From assembly GCA_041309605.1 (NCBI GenBank), contig JBFYZH010000061.1:7122-71121 (forward strand): DNA of 64,000 bases, written 5' to 3'. Source of the DNA: Candidatus Krumholzibacteriota bacterium. GTDB lineage: Bacteria > Krumholzibacteriota > Krumholzibacteriia > Krumholzibacteriales > Krumholzibacteriaceae. Both the position numbers and the translations under genes were made by a program. The notes under the pieces were generated by a model, which worked only from the letters and a program-made list of their open reading frames with translations, searched no databases and had not been told where the DNA came from. Below are positions 9,533-18,191 of this stretch, in pieces (position 1 is the stretch's first letter; each line of letters opens with the position of its first letter).

Positions 9533-10219
9533 TCAGATCATCGGCTTGCCCTTGACGTCGGTGACGACGCTTCCATCGAAAAGGTGGATGGTCCGGGAAC
9601 CGTACTCGGCGTATGTCGGCGAATGGGTGACCATCACGATCGTCGTGCCTTCCTCGTTGAGCTGGACCATCGTATTCATCACTTCCTCGCCGTGCGCCGA
9701 ATCGAGATTTCCGGTCGGCTCGTCCGCGAGAATCAGTTTGGGCCTTGTGATGACGGCACGAGCAACGGCAACTCTCTGCTGCTGGCCACCGGAAAGCTGC
9801 TGGGGAAAATGATTCTGCCGGGGCATAAGGTTGAAACGTTCGAGAGCCTCTTCGACCCTTTCCTTTCTCTGGGAGCCGGGAACGTTCTGGTACAGCAGCG
9901 GAAGTTCCACGTTCTCGTGTATCGTAAGCTCGTCTATCAGGTTGAAACTCTGGAAGACGAATCCTATGTTGTTCTTTCTCAGGTTGGATCTCTGTCTCTC
10001 CGAATACTTCGACACCTCCTCGCCAAGCAGGAAGTACTGCCCGCCGGTGGGATTGTCGAGAAGGCCGAGTATATTGAGAAGCGTCGACTTGCCGCATCCC
10101 GAAGGTCCCATGATGGATACGAACTCGCCCTCCTTTATTTCTATATTGACGCTGTTGAGAGCCGTGGTCTCCACCTCTTCGGTCCTGAACATCTTGACCA
10201 GTTCTTTCGTCCGTATCAT
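9533..10219 (-). CDS. ABC transporter ATP-binding protein (MacB/LolD family)
   Basis: Start reassigned to ATG 10219 (AGGAG RBS; MIRTKELVKMFRTEEVETTAL); [27 protein letters not shown] motifs. Confidence 0.95.
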   Translation of the reverse strand: MIRTKELVKMFRTEEVETTALNSVNIEIKEGEFVSIMGPSGCGKSTLLNILGLLDNPTGGQYFLLGEEVSKYSERQRSNLRKNNIGFVFQSFNLIDELTIHENVELPLLYQNVPGSQRKERVEEALERFNLMPRQNHFPQQLSGGQQQRVAVARAVITRPKLILADEPTGNLDSAHGEEVMNTMVQLNEEGTTIVMVTHSPTYAEYGSRTIHLFDGSVVTDVKGKPMI

Positions 10220-10331
10220 CCGCCAGTCTCCTTTTTCATCTGAAAGCCTTGCAGTGCGAGGATTTATTTCTCCGTTCCGCCGCCGTTCCCGTTCCGCGCC
10301 GACGGATCCGGAGCCGCGCATCCGCCGCGCC

Positions 10332-11585
10332 TTACTCCTTGAGTATCAGCCGGTCCACGTCCCCGAAATTGTCGTACGAGGACGTTATGACCATCTCGCC
10401 CGGTTCGAGCCCGCCCAGCAATTCATAGAACATCGTATTTTCGCGTCCCAGCTGGATCTCCCTTTTTCTCGCCGTCTTCCCGGAATCGTCAAGCACATAT
10501 ACCCATCTGCCTCCGGTCTTCTGGTAGAATCCCCCGGTCGGAAGCAGCAGCGCTTCGGAAAGATCGCCGAGTTCCAGGCGGATTCGAAGCGTCTGCCCGC
10601 GGCGTATATCCTCCGGTTCCCTGCCGTCGAAGGTCATGTCGACCTCGAAACGGCCGTTCAGAACCTCGGGAAAAACCTTGTCGATGACGAGCCTGTATGT
10701 CTTCTCGGATAAGGAGAACGACCCCTTCTGTCCCTCGTTGATACGGGCGATGTAGTGTTCGTCGATGGGGACCCTGACCTTGAACCCGTCGAGAATATCG
10801 ATCTGCCCGAGCCTTTCCCCCCGGTTTTTCGACTCGCCTATCTCCGCGTTAAGAGCGGTGAGATGTCCGGATTCCGGGGCCTTTATTATCAGGTCCTCGA
10901 GGTTCTGCTTTACGATCTTCAGGTTGTCCTCCATCCTGCTGAGCGAAATCTCGAGTTGCCCGATCTGATTTTCCCTGAACAACGAATCCTGCTTGTGCAT
11001 TTCAACGGTAAGTTCGAGCGACTTTAAAAGATAATCCAGATGATCCTTGCCCTCTTCGAATTCCCTCGAAGAGATCAACTGCTTGCCCGCCAGTATCACA
11101 TTGCTCTCGTTGATCCGTTTCTGTTTCTTGACCTCGCGTTTTATCTCCAGGAGCTGCCGGCGCATCTCCAGGCTGTTGCGCGCCATGTCGAGCTTCGTGT
11201 TCCTGAGGTTGTTGCTCTGCTGGAAGAGTTCCGCCTCCCTGTACATTATGTCGAGAAGAAGGTTTGTGTTGGTCAGTTTCAATATCGGATCGCCCTTTTT
11301 AACGAAGCTTCCCGCTTCCAGGTATTTTACCTCGACCCTTCCGCCTTCGACCGCATCGAGATAATGGGTCTTTACCGGCACGACGTTTCCGGTCACCGCG
11401 ATGAATTCCTGGAACTGCCCCTTTTTGACTTCCGATATGGTAATGCGTTCCGTTTTTACGTTGAGCTTCGAATCCCTGCTTGCAAAGACGACCATATACA
11501 TCGCTAGGATGGCGAGCGCCGACCCTCCCGCCAGGTACGCAATTCTTACCGGTGTCCATCTCTTTTTTTCTAACTTTCTATCCAA
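10332..11585 (-). CDS. Efflux periplasmic adaptor subunit (HlyD/MacA-type membrane fusion protein)
   Basis: TTG start; N-terminal TM anchor, lipoyl-like halves (GGRVEVKYLEAGSFVKKGDPIL; IKAPESGHL), coiled-coil hairpin, C-terminal GLEPGEMVITS. Confidence 0.92.
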   Translation of the reverse strand: MDRKLEKKRWTPVRIAYLAGGSALAILAMYMVVFASRDSKLNVKTERITISEVKKGQFQEFIAVTGNVVPVKTHYLDAVEGGRVEVKYLEAGSFVKKGDPILKLTNTNLLLDIMYREAELFQQSNNLRNTKLDMARNSLEMRRQLLEIKREVKKQKRINESNVILAGKQLISSREFEEGKDHLDYLLKSLELTVEMHKQDSLFRENQIGQLEISLSRMEDNLKIVKQNLEDLIIKAPESGHLTALNAEIGESKNRGERLGQIDILDGFKVRVPIDEHYIARINEGQKGSFSLSEKTYRLVIDKVFPEVLNGRFEVDMTFDGREPEDIRRGQTLRIRLELGDLSEALLLPTGGFYQKTGGRWVYVLDDSGKTARKREIQLGRENTMFYELLGGLEPGEMVITSSYDNFGDVDRLILKE

Positions 11586-11598
11586 TTATCCTATCCTT

Positions 11599-11686
11599 TG
11601 GACTCGATACGGTTCCCTGATCTCGAAACGGTACCTTGATCTCGAAACGGTAACATGATCTCGAAACGGTACCTTGATCTCGAAAA
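11599..11686. repeat. 19-bp tandem repeat (TGATCTCGAAACGGTACCT), about 4.5 copies
   Basis: Units at 11618-11636, 11637-11655 (ends TAACA), 11656-11674, partial at 11675-11686 and a degenerate unit at 11599-11617; no spacers. Confidence 0.9.
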
Positions 11687-11760
11687 GGGGCCCCCGACCT
11701 CTAACCAGTTCCCCGCCAAGTTTATGCCGGATACCTTACGAGGTACTGGCTTGTACATAT

Positions 11761-11775
11761 ACAAACCGCATGCCA
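11761..11775 (-). promoter_or_regulatory. Possible sigma-54 promoter of the ABC exporter operon
   Basis: Minus strand TGGCATGCGGTTTGT(A): correct -24 box and spacing, TTGT instead of TTGC at -12; an NtrC-family regulator is encoded nearby. Confidence 0.5.
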
Positions 11776-11829
11776 TAATTATAATGCGTTGACTACAAAG
11801 AATATAGTTAATCGGACTCCCTGGCGGCA

Positions 11830-11918
11830 TGTCCGTTTACAATACACTCGCTGTCCGATAACGGACGGCACCTTGAAAATATCCGGGATTTTTTCGCCGA
11901 CATGTCCGCATTCGAACA
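11830..11918. promoter_or_regulatory. Cluster of TGTCCG-N4-CGGAC(A)-like sites, candidate enhancer sites
   Basis: TGTCCGttta (11830), TGTCCGataaCGGAC (11852-11866), TGTCCGcattCGAACA (11903-11918), 55-145 bp upstream of the putative sigma-54 element. Confidence 0.5.
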
Positions 11919-11996
11919 TGGCGGGGCATACAAAAAGAAAAACCCGGCTGAAAACCGGGTTTTTCCCTATTGAACAACCCCGTGAACCAGTTATCG

Positions 11997-12719
11997 CTAT
12001 TCGGAATACATCGACTTGACCGCTCCCCAGCTCGCCTCTTCCGCGGCTGTCACACAACCTACGACAGACAGCGTTATCGTGAAGAAATCCCAGCAAGCCC
12101 CCTCCGTCCTCGTGGGATTGCAGGAAGTGTCGAGAAAATCGGGATAGTCGGCCGGAACAGGATCGCCGAGAGCGGTTGTCGCTATGCGCGAGCCGTTGCC
12201 GATATAGAAGGTCATGCAGGTGGCCGGATAGTCGTCGAAATGCGCCTGCGCCTGTACGTTTGTCACCGCGGCGATCGGCACCCAGTTCGAGTAGGTGATC
12301 GTCTCGAATTCGGTGTAATTGTCGATCGTCCCGCTATATTCGGGAGCGCCGTTAGCCCACGGGCCCGACCCGCTCAACCAGATGTACCCTCCGACGAAGG
12401 TCTTCATGTAGGTCCTGTTGCCGTTGCCGAGACCATTGACAGTATTGATAAGCAGAACGGCGTTGGCCGTTTCCGTGGAGCACCAGTAACGCCACTGCGA
12501 GCCGAGGACCGAACCGCCCGCGTCCCATGACTCGGCGTGAAGAACGGTCCCGGCATTCATCGCGCCGCCGCCGGCGTCCCATCCCTCGCTGTAACGCCCG
12601 ACAAAGACCTGCCCGCCGAGATCCTGCGAATCGTAAGCGCCTTCGAGCGGCTGTGCGGATACAGACGAAGCGAATGAAATTATTATGAACAGAGCGGAAA
12701 CGATACCAATAATCCTCAT
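11997..12719 (-). CDS. Secreted hypothetical protein with C-terminal SWGxxKxxY tail
   Basis: Start reassigned to ATG 12719 (GGAGG RBS; MRIIGIVSALFIIISFASSVSA signal peptide); ends VTAAEEASWGAVKSMYSE. Confidence 0.8.
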   Translation of the reverse strand: MRIIGIVSALFIIISFASSVSAQPLEGAYDSQDLGGQVFVGRYSEGWDAGGGAMNAGTVLHAESWDAGGSVLGSQWRYWCSTETANAVLLINTVNGLGNGNRTYMKTFVGGYIWLSGSGPWANGAPEYSGTIDNYTEFETITYSNWVPIAAVTNVQAQAHFDDYPATCMTFYIGNGSRIATTALGDPVPADYPDFLDTSCNPTRTEGACWDFFTITLSVVGCVTAAEEASWGAVKSMYSE

Positions 12720-12835
12720 ACCGACCCTCCATGGATGAAAAATGCCTTCAATTATTCCGCCAGGTTCCGAGCCGCCGTACAATAATAAAAAGTTGTTAAT
12801 TATTATACGGGTCGGATAACTAACTTAATGTTGGT

Positions 12836-12865
12836 ATGATACCACATTTAAATTAATTTTGTCAA
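12836..12865 (-). promoter_or_regulatory. Putative sigma-70 promoter for the secreted hypothetical gene
   Basis: Minus strand TTGACA-N18-TATCAT with TG extended -10, in an AT-rich intergenic region. Confidence 0.55.
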
Positions 12866-12931
12866 TATTTCTTTATAAAGAAATATTTCAAAAGAAATTT
12901 AATCCAAACCGGGGTATTCATAGATCAAACA

Positions 12932-12948
12932 ATGTCCGCATTCGAACA
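12932..12948. repeat. Second exact copy of 17-mer ATGTCCGCATTCGAACA
   Basis: Identical to 11902-11918; upstream of the response-regulator start. Confidence 0.85.
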
Positions 12949-12993
12949 CTTTTTTCTTGAATTCGGAAACCTTCCGCCTGATAATCCGTACCC

Positions 12994-14379
12994 ATGAATA
13001 CAATGTCCGCAAAATACGGCAAATTACTTATAATCGACGATAACGAAGACCTGCTATTCGCCGCCAGACTCTTTCTCAAACAGCATTTCGCCCTTGTACA
13101 GACCGAAACCTCGCCGGAAAAGATCCCCACCCTTCTGGCAAAGGAAAAATTCGACGTCATCCTTCTCGACATGAACTTCACCGAGGACGTCACGAGCGGA
13201 CATGAGGGATTTTTCTGGCTGAACCGCATCCTGGACATCGACCCGTCATCCGTGGTCATCCTGATCACTGCTTACGCCGATTACGATATGGCCGTTCGCG
13301 CCATCAAGGAAGGCGCCGCCGATTTTATCGTGAAACCCTGGCAGAATGAAAAGCTCCTCGCGACCGTATCGTCGGCGATGGCGCTGAGCCGCACACAGAA
13401 CGAAGTGAGCGATCTGCGGGAAACTCAGAAAAGACTTATAGACGATCTCGATCAGCCTTTCCACGATTTTATCGGAAAATCGGAGTCGATAAGGCACGTG
13501 TTCGTTCTTATAGACAAGGTCGCAGGCACCGATGCGAACATCCTTATAACAGGCGCGAACGGCACGGGGAAGGAACTCGTCGCCAGGGCGATTCACCGGA
13601 AATCGGATCGCTCCGGCAAGCCTTTCGTTAGGGTGGACATGGGCGCTCTCACCGGCACCCTCTTCGAAAGCGAACTCTTCGGACACGTGAAAGGCGCCTT
13701 TACCGACGCGAAGGAGGACCGCCCGGGACGCTTCGAGATAGCTTCGGGGGGAACGCTCTTTCTCGACGAAATCGGCAATCTCCCTCTCGACCTGCAGGCG
13801 AAGATCCTCACCGCGCTTCAGAATCGCCAGGTGATAAGGGTCGGGTCGAACAAGGTCCGCGAGATCGATATACGGCTGATATGCGCCACGAATATCTCCC
13901 TGCCGGATATGGTCCGCGCGGGGACATTCAGGCAGGATCTGCTGTACAGGATAAACACGGTCGAGATCAACATCCCGCCTCTGAAAAACCGGGTCGACGA
14001 CATTGAACCGCTTGCCGGGCATTTCCTCGGAACGTACGGCAAGAAATACCGCAAGGATGCAGTCCGTATCAGCAACGCCGCCCTTGAAAAACTAAAGAGG
14101 TACGACTGGCCTGGAAACGTGCGCGAGCTTCAGCATTCCATCGAAAGGGCGGTGATAATGTCCGGCGGTAAAATCCTTCAACCGGAGGATTTTCTTCTCC
14201 CCCGCGCCGGGGAAGGCGAAAAGGAATTCCCCCTGGACGATCTCAATCTCGAAGAGATGGAGAAGGTCGTCATCCGCAAGGCGCTGGGCAGATTCGGCGG
14301 CAACATCAGCCTCGCAGCGAGACATCTCGGACTGAGCCGCGCGGCTCTATACCGCAGGCTGGAGCGATATGGCCTATAG
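12994..14379 (+). CDS. Sigma-54-dependent response regulator (NtrC/AtoC family)
   Basis: Receiver domain (IIDDN, LLDMNF, IVKPW), AAA+ [23 protein letters not shown] (GAFTGA-like loop), [15 protein letters not shown], Fis-type HTH. Confidence 0.96.
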   Translation: MNTMSAKYGKLLIIDDNEDLLFAARLFLKQHFALVQTETSPEKIPTLLAKEKFDVILLDMNFTEDVTSGHEGFFWLNRILDIDPSSVVILITAYADYDMAVRAIKEGAADFIVKPWQNEKLLATVSSAMALSRTQNEVSDLRETQKRLIDDLDQPFHDFIGKSESIRHVFVLIDKVAGTDANILITGANGTGKELVARAIHRKSDRSGKPFVRVDMGALTGTLFESELFGHVKGAFTDAKEDRPGRFEIASGGTLFLDEIGNLPLDLQAKILTALQNRQVIRVGSNKVREIDIRLICATNISLPDMVRAGTFRQDLLYRINTVEINIPPLKNRVDDIEPLAGHFLGTYGKKYRKDAVRISNAALEKLKRYDWPGNVRELQHSIERAVIMSGGKILQPEDFLLPRAGEGEKEFPLDDLNLEEMEKVVIRKALGRFGGNISLAARHLGLSRAALYRRLERYGL

Positions 14380-15715
14380 GCGGTTCAGAAGTCTTTGCCT
14401 TGTCAGAATCATATTTCTCGCGGCGACAATATTCCTCTTTCTTTACCTGGCTATCGAAAAAGCGCTTTACGCCACGATTATTGTCGGCGGCACCGCCATA
14501 GTCATACAGATATTCTCCCTGCTGAGATTCGTCGATAAGACGAACAGGGATTTCACCCGTTTTCTCACGTCCATCAAGTACTCTGATTTTTCGCAGAATT
14601 TCGTAAGCGGGATGGCGGGCCGATCGTTCGACGAACTCAACGAATCCTTCGAATCGGTGATGAAACGGTTCAGGGAAATCAGCCTCGAAAAGGAGGAGAG
14701 CCACCGCTACCTGCAGACCCTGGTGCAGCATATAGGGGTGGGAATAATCGCTTTCGGCAGGGACGGCGAGGTCGACCTCATTAACAACGCCGCAAAAAGG
14801 CTTTTAAGCATCACGCATCTTAAGAATATCGGGACCCTCGATTCGATCAGTCCCGCGTTGCTTGAAAAGATCAGGACGATAAAACCCGGGCAGAGAGATC
14901 TTGCCAACGTGATCGTCGCGGAGGAAAAACTCCAGATATCCCTTTATTCGACCGAACTGCGGCAGCGCAACAGAATCATCACGCTGGTGTCGCTTCAGAA
15001 CATCAGCATGGAACTCAACGAGAAGGAGATGGACGCATGGCAGAACCTGATCCGCGTCCTTACACACGAGATCAAGAACTCCCTTGCTCCCATCGGTTCC
15101 CTGGCGTCGAGCGTCGAAGGATTTCTTCTGCCGCCGGACCGCCGGCCGGGCCTGATCGCTCCATGCGACGAAAACGATATACGGGACGCTCTGCAGACAA
15201 TACAGAAGCGAAGCCACGGCCTCCTGCAGTTCGTCGACACCTACCGCGACCTCACGCACATACCGAGACCTCAATACACCACCTTCAGGGTTTCGGAACT
15301 CCTCGGCAGTCTCGAGAAATTCGTCCATTCCCAGGTCGGCGACAGGGAGATCGACTATTCCGTCTCGATCGAGCCGGAAGGTCTCGAACTCAACGCCGAT
15401 CGGCAACTCATCGAGCAGGTCCTGATCAATCTGGTTCTGAACGCCGTTCAGGCGACCGCCGGAACCGAAAAAGCCGCAATCAGGGTGACGGCCATGATAG
15501 ACGAAAAAAGCAGGGCCGTGATAAAGGTCTCCGACAACGGTCCCGGAATAGTGGAGGACGCTCTCGAAAAGGTGTTCATTCCCTTCTACAGCACAAAAAA
15601 GGACGGTTCGGGAATAGGCCTGAGCCTCTCACGCCAGATCATGCGCCTGCATCGCGGTGACCTCACGGCGACCTCCAGGCCCGGTGTCGAAACGGTCTTC
15701 CGGATGAGATTCTAG
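14369..15715 (+). CDS. Sensor histidine kinase (NtrY-like, PAS-containing)
   Basis: Two N-terminal TMs; H-box VLTHEIKNSLAPI; N box LINLVLNA; DNGPGI, FIPFYSTKKDGSGIGLSL; overlaps the regulator by 11 nt. Confidence 0.95.
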   Translation: MAYRRFRSLCLVRIIFLAATIFLFLYLAIEKALYATIIVGGTAIVIQIFSLLRFVDKTNRDFTRFLTSIKYSDFSQNFVSGMAGRSFDELNESFESVMKRFREISLEKEESHRYLQTLVQHIGVGIIAFGRDGEVDLINNAAKRLLSITHLKNIGTLDSISPALLEKIRTIKPGQRDLANVIVAEEKLQISLYSTELRQRNRIITLVSLQNISMELNEKEMDAWQNLIRVLTHEIKNSLAPIGSLASSVEGFLLPPDRRPGLIAPCDENDIRDALQTIQKRSHGLLQFVDTYRDLTHIPRPQYTTFRVSELLGSLEKFVHSQVGDREIDYSVSIEPEGLELNADRQLIEQVLINLVLNAVQATAGTEKAAIRVTAMIDEKSRAVIKVSDNGPGIVEDALEKVFIPFYSTKKDGSGIGLSLSRQIMRLHRGDLTATSRPGVETVFRMRF

Positions 15716-15743
15716 CGTCTTCCTTGCGGCACCCGCGTCTTCC

Positions 15744-18008
15744 CTACAGCACCCACGCGTAACCGAACTTGACGAAGAACGTCCGGTCGGTCTGCGTGAG
15801 CTCCACTCCCTGGAATCCGAAGTAGTTGTCGGAATAACCCAGGTAGAGAACCGTCTGAGGATTGATCTTGTAGGAAAAGAGAAGCTGGCTGAACAGTTTT
15901 TTCGTCCGTGGATCGACCTCGTCAAGATACAGCCCCGCGTCGCGCTCGTAATATACATACTGCATGTTCGCCCTGACGAAGGTTCTCCCGTTGAACTGGT
16001 AGATCAGCCGCATATTGCCGATGTTCGCGGAATAGAGAAGGCCCTCCTCCACCTCCAGACGTTCCCAGGTATGATCGAAGTCCAGCGAAAGATGCCTTCC
16101 CAGCCTGTACTCGATCCCCGGGTTGAACGAAAGCACGGTCGCCTGGCGGGTGTTCGCGTAATCGATCAGATCTCCGAAGGTATGGTTGATGAAAAACTTC
16201 ATAGCTGCGCCCGGACGCGCGCCGGCGGAAAGATGGTAGTGCCGGTAATTGAACCGCTCCTCCCCGTAGTCCACCTTCGCGTAAAAGTGAGTGACGAAAT
16301 TCACCTCCGACTGCATGGGTCCCGAGTAATCGACCCACAGGTTGCCAAGTTCCACCAGTTGCCTGCCTTCCGGATCTTCATCCAGTTCGTAGGCGCCCCC
16401 GACATCGATGTGCGTAAACCATTTTCCCGCTTCGGCGTTCCAATTCCTTTCCAGTCCCGTCTCGTAATGCCTGGCGCCGGTCTTGGGCACGAAACCGAGG
16501 TCGGCGCGGAACTTTTCGCCGTAGTCGTAGAAAAATGCGAACGCCTCCAGCTTTTCGGTCTCGTGCATGTATATCACCTCGCCGGCGGCCCCGTCGAAAC
16601 GCCCTGCCGGCTGTCCGAATCCCGCGACCGAGGAATCGGGATAATCCGTCCGCGATCCGAGCAACTGGAATGTGATCCGGTCCGTTTTAGTCAGCTTAAG
16701 GTCTCCGTCGAATCCCGCGACGCGGTTAAAGTAATCCTTCCCCTCGCGGTCCGTCGCCAGGATCCCGATGTTGGAGGACTCGAATATGTCCCTCCTGTAC
16801 CGCAGCACCGTGCCGGTGCTGCGTTCGCCGATGGAAGTCGACGCGGATCCCTGATTTCCCGGGAAAAGCAGGTTCGTGATCTCGTCTCGGACGGTATAGT
16901 AACCGACGGCATTCGGGCCCTCCTTGCCGGTCAGCTTTATCCCCCATCTGGGATCGGCCAGCGTCCGGGAATAGGCCGCGTTTATATTCGTTCCGAACAG
17001 CTCGGATCCCTCCATGAAGAAGGGGCGCCGTTCGGGGTAATAGATGGCGAATGTGTTGTTGATATCGAGCTCCACCGCGTCCGATTCGACCTGTGAAAAA
17101 TCGGGATTGACCGTTCCCTGCAGGGTAAGGTTCGGCGTGAACCCCCACCTGACGGTCAGCCCCGGGTCGTACCGCCTGTCCCTCTCGCGGAACTTTCCCC
17201 CGGTGAAATTTTCCCGTTCCTCCGAATAGAGGGCCGAGAACGTCGGATCCAGCTCGATATTGCGCCCCGGCGTGGCTCCGGCGAACCCGCTTATCTCCTC
17301 GGCCTGGCAGAGATAGCAGTTGTTGCTGCGATCCCGCGGGAAAAGGCCGATCCGGTGTTCCGCGCTCCTCGGGTAATTGCGCACCGCGTCGAAATTCCAG
17401 ACCTGCTCCCCGTCGGTGCGCTGGAACCTCATCGAACTGAATGGCACGGCGATCTCCACGACGTAACCCCATTCGGTTATCCTTCCCGCGGATTCCCATA
17501 TCGCGTCATAGCTGTCCGTCTCGCATTCCGCGCATTCAATCAGGTCGCCCTGAATCCCCAGCGGATTGACGAAAAACTCGAACATCCGCCGTTCGTCGTT
17601 GAACGAGTCGATCACGAGGGCCACCCAGTCGTCGTTGTACATCGCGTCCCTGTCGCACAGTCTCGCCCTTATCTTCGAAGGATCCGGATCCCAGGCTCTG
17701 AATGCGGCGTAAAAGTGCGTTTCGCTGTACATCACCAGCACCTCGGTTTTGACCGGCGGCGGCGCGTTCTCTCCGGGCTGGACCTCGTATTCCAGGGCCA
17801 TGCCGAGGGCCCGGTCCCAGCAGGGTTCGTCCAGCCGGCCGTCAACCGAAATCGCCTCCGCCACGATGGGAACGGAGTGCGGCGCGCCCGTGCCCTCGGC
17901 CGAAGCGGCGTCGGATGACGCACAGAAAGCTGTGAAAATCAGCGCCGGCTGCAATATCAGGGAAATCGAAAACAGGGTCGGAAGGCGAAAGGCGCGTGTT
18001 TTTCTCAC
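15744..18008 (-). CDS. CBM9-like sugar-binding domain plus DUF5916-type outer-membrane barrel
   Basis: Signal peptide; ISVDGRLDEPCW, FYAAFRAWDPDP..IRA, FFVNPLGIQGD, GYVVEIAVPFSSMRF; TVNPDFSQVESD...YPERRPFFMEG; ends FVKFGYAWVL. Confidence 0.8.
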   Translation of the reverse strand: MRKTRAFRLPTLFSISLILQPALIFTAFCASSDAASAEGTGAPHSVPIVAEAISVDGRLDEPCWDRALGMALEYEVQPGENAPPPVKTEVLVMYSETHFYAAFRAWDPDPSKIRARLCDRDAMYNDDWVALVIDSFNDERRMFEFFVNPLGIQGDLIECAECETDSYDAIWESAGRITEWGYVVEIAVPFSSMRFQRTDGEQVWNFDAVRNYPRSAEHRIGLFPRDRSNNCYLCQAEEISGFAGATPGRNIELDPTFSALYSEERENFTGGKFRERDRRYDPGLTVRWGFTPNLTLQGTVNPDFSQVESDAVELDINNTFAIYYPERRPFFMEGSELFGTNINAAYSRTLADPRWGIKLTGKEGPNAVGYYTVRDEITNLLFPGNQGSASTSIGERSTGTVLRYRRDIFESSNIGILATDREGKDYFNRVAGFDGDLKLTKTDRITFQLLGSRTDYPDSSVAGFGQPAGRFDGAAGEVIYMHETEKLEAFAFFYDYGEKFRADLGFVPKTGARHYETGLERNWNAEAGKWFTHIDVGGAYELDEDPEGRQLVELGNLWVDYSGPMQSEVNFVTHFYAKVDYGEERFNYRHYHLSAGARPGAAMKFFINHTFGDLIDYANTRQATVLSFNPGIEYRLGRHLSLDFDHTWERLEVEEGLLYSANIGNMRLIYQFNGRTFVRANMQYVYYERDAGLYLDEVDPRTKKLFSQLLFSYKINPQTVLYLGYSDNYFGFQGVELTQTDRTFFVKFGYAWVL

Positions 18009-18191
18009 TGGGACTTATCCTTTGTTTGTATTGATCCTAAGATCCGGAAACGCGATCCATCCTGATACGAACCCGCGCTCCTTAAGTTCCGGCGAAAGTT
18101 CATAATATTTTGATAAATACCGGTTCCTGACCGGCCGATACTACAGGAGACCGGCTACCGTCCGAAACATGTAATTTAACCGGAGTGGAAA

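Noticed and set aside
11599-11686. 19-bp repeats as a CRISPR array
   Set aside because: Units are contiguous with no spacers, too short, and no cas genes are present.
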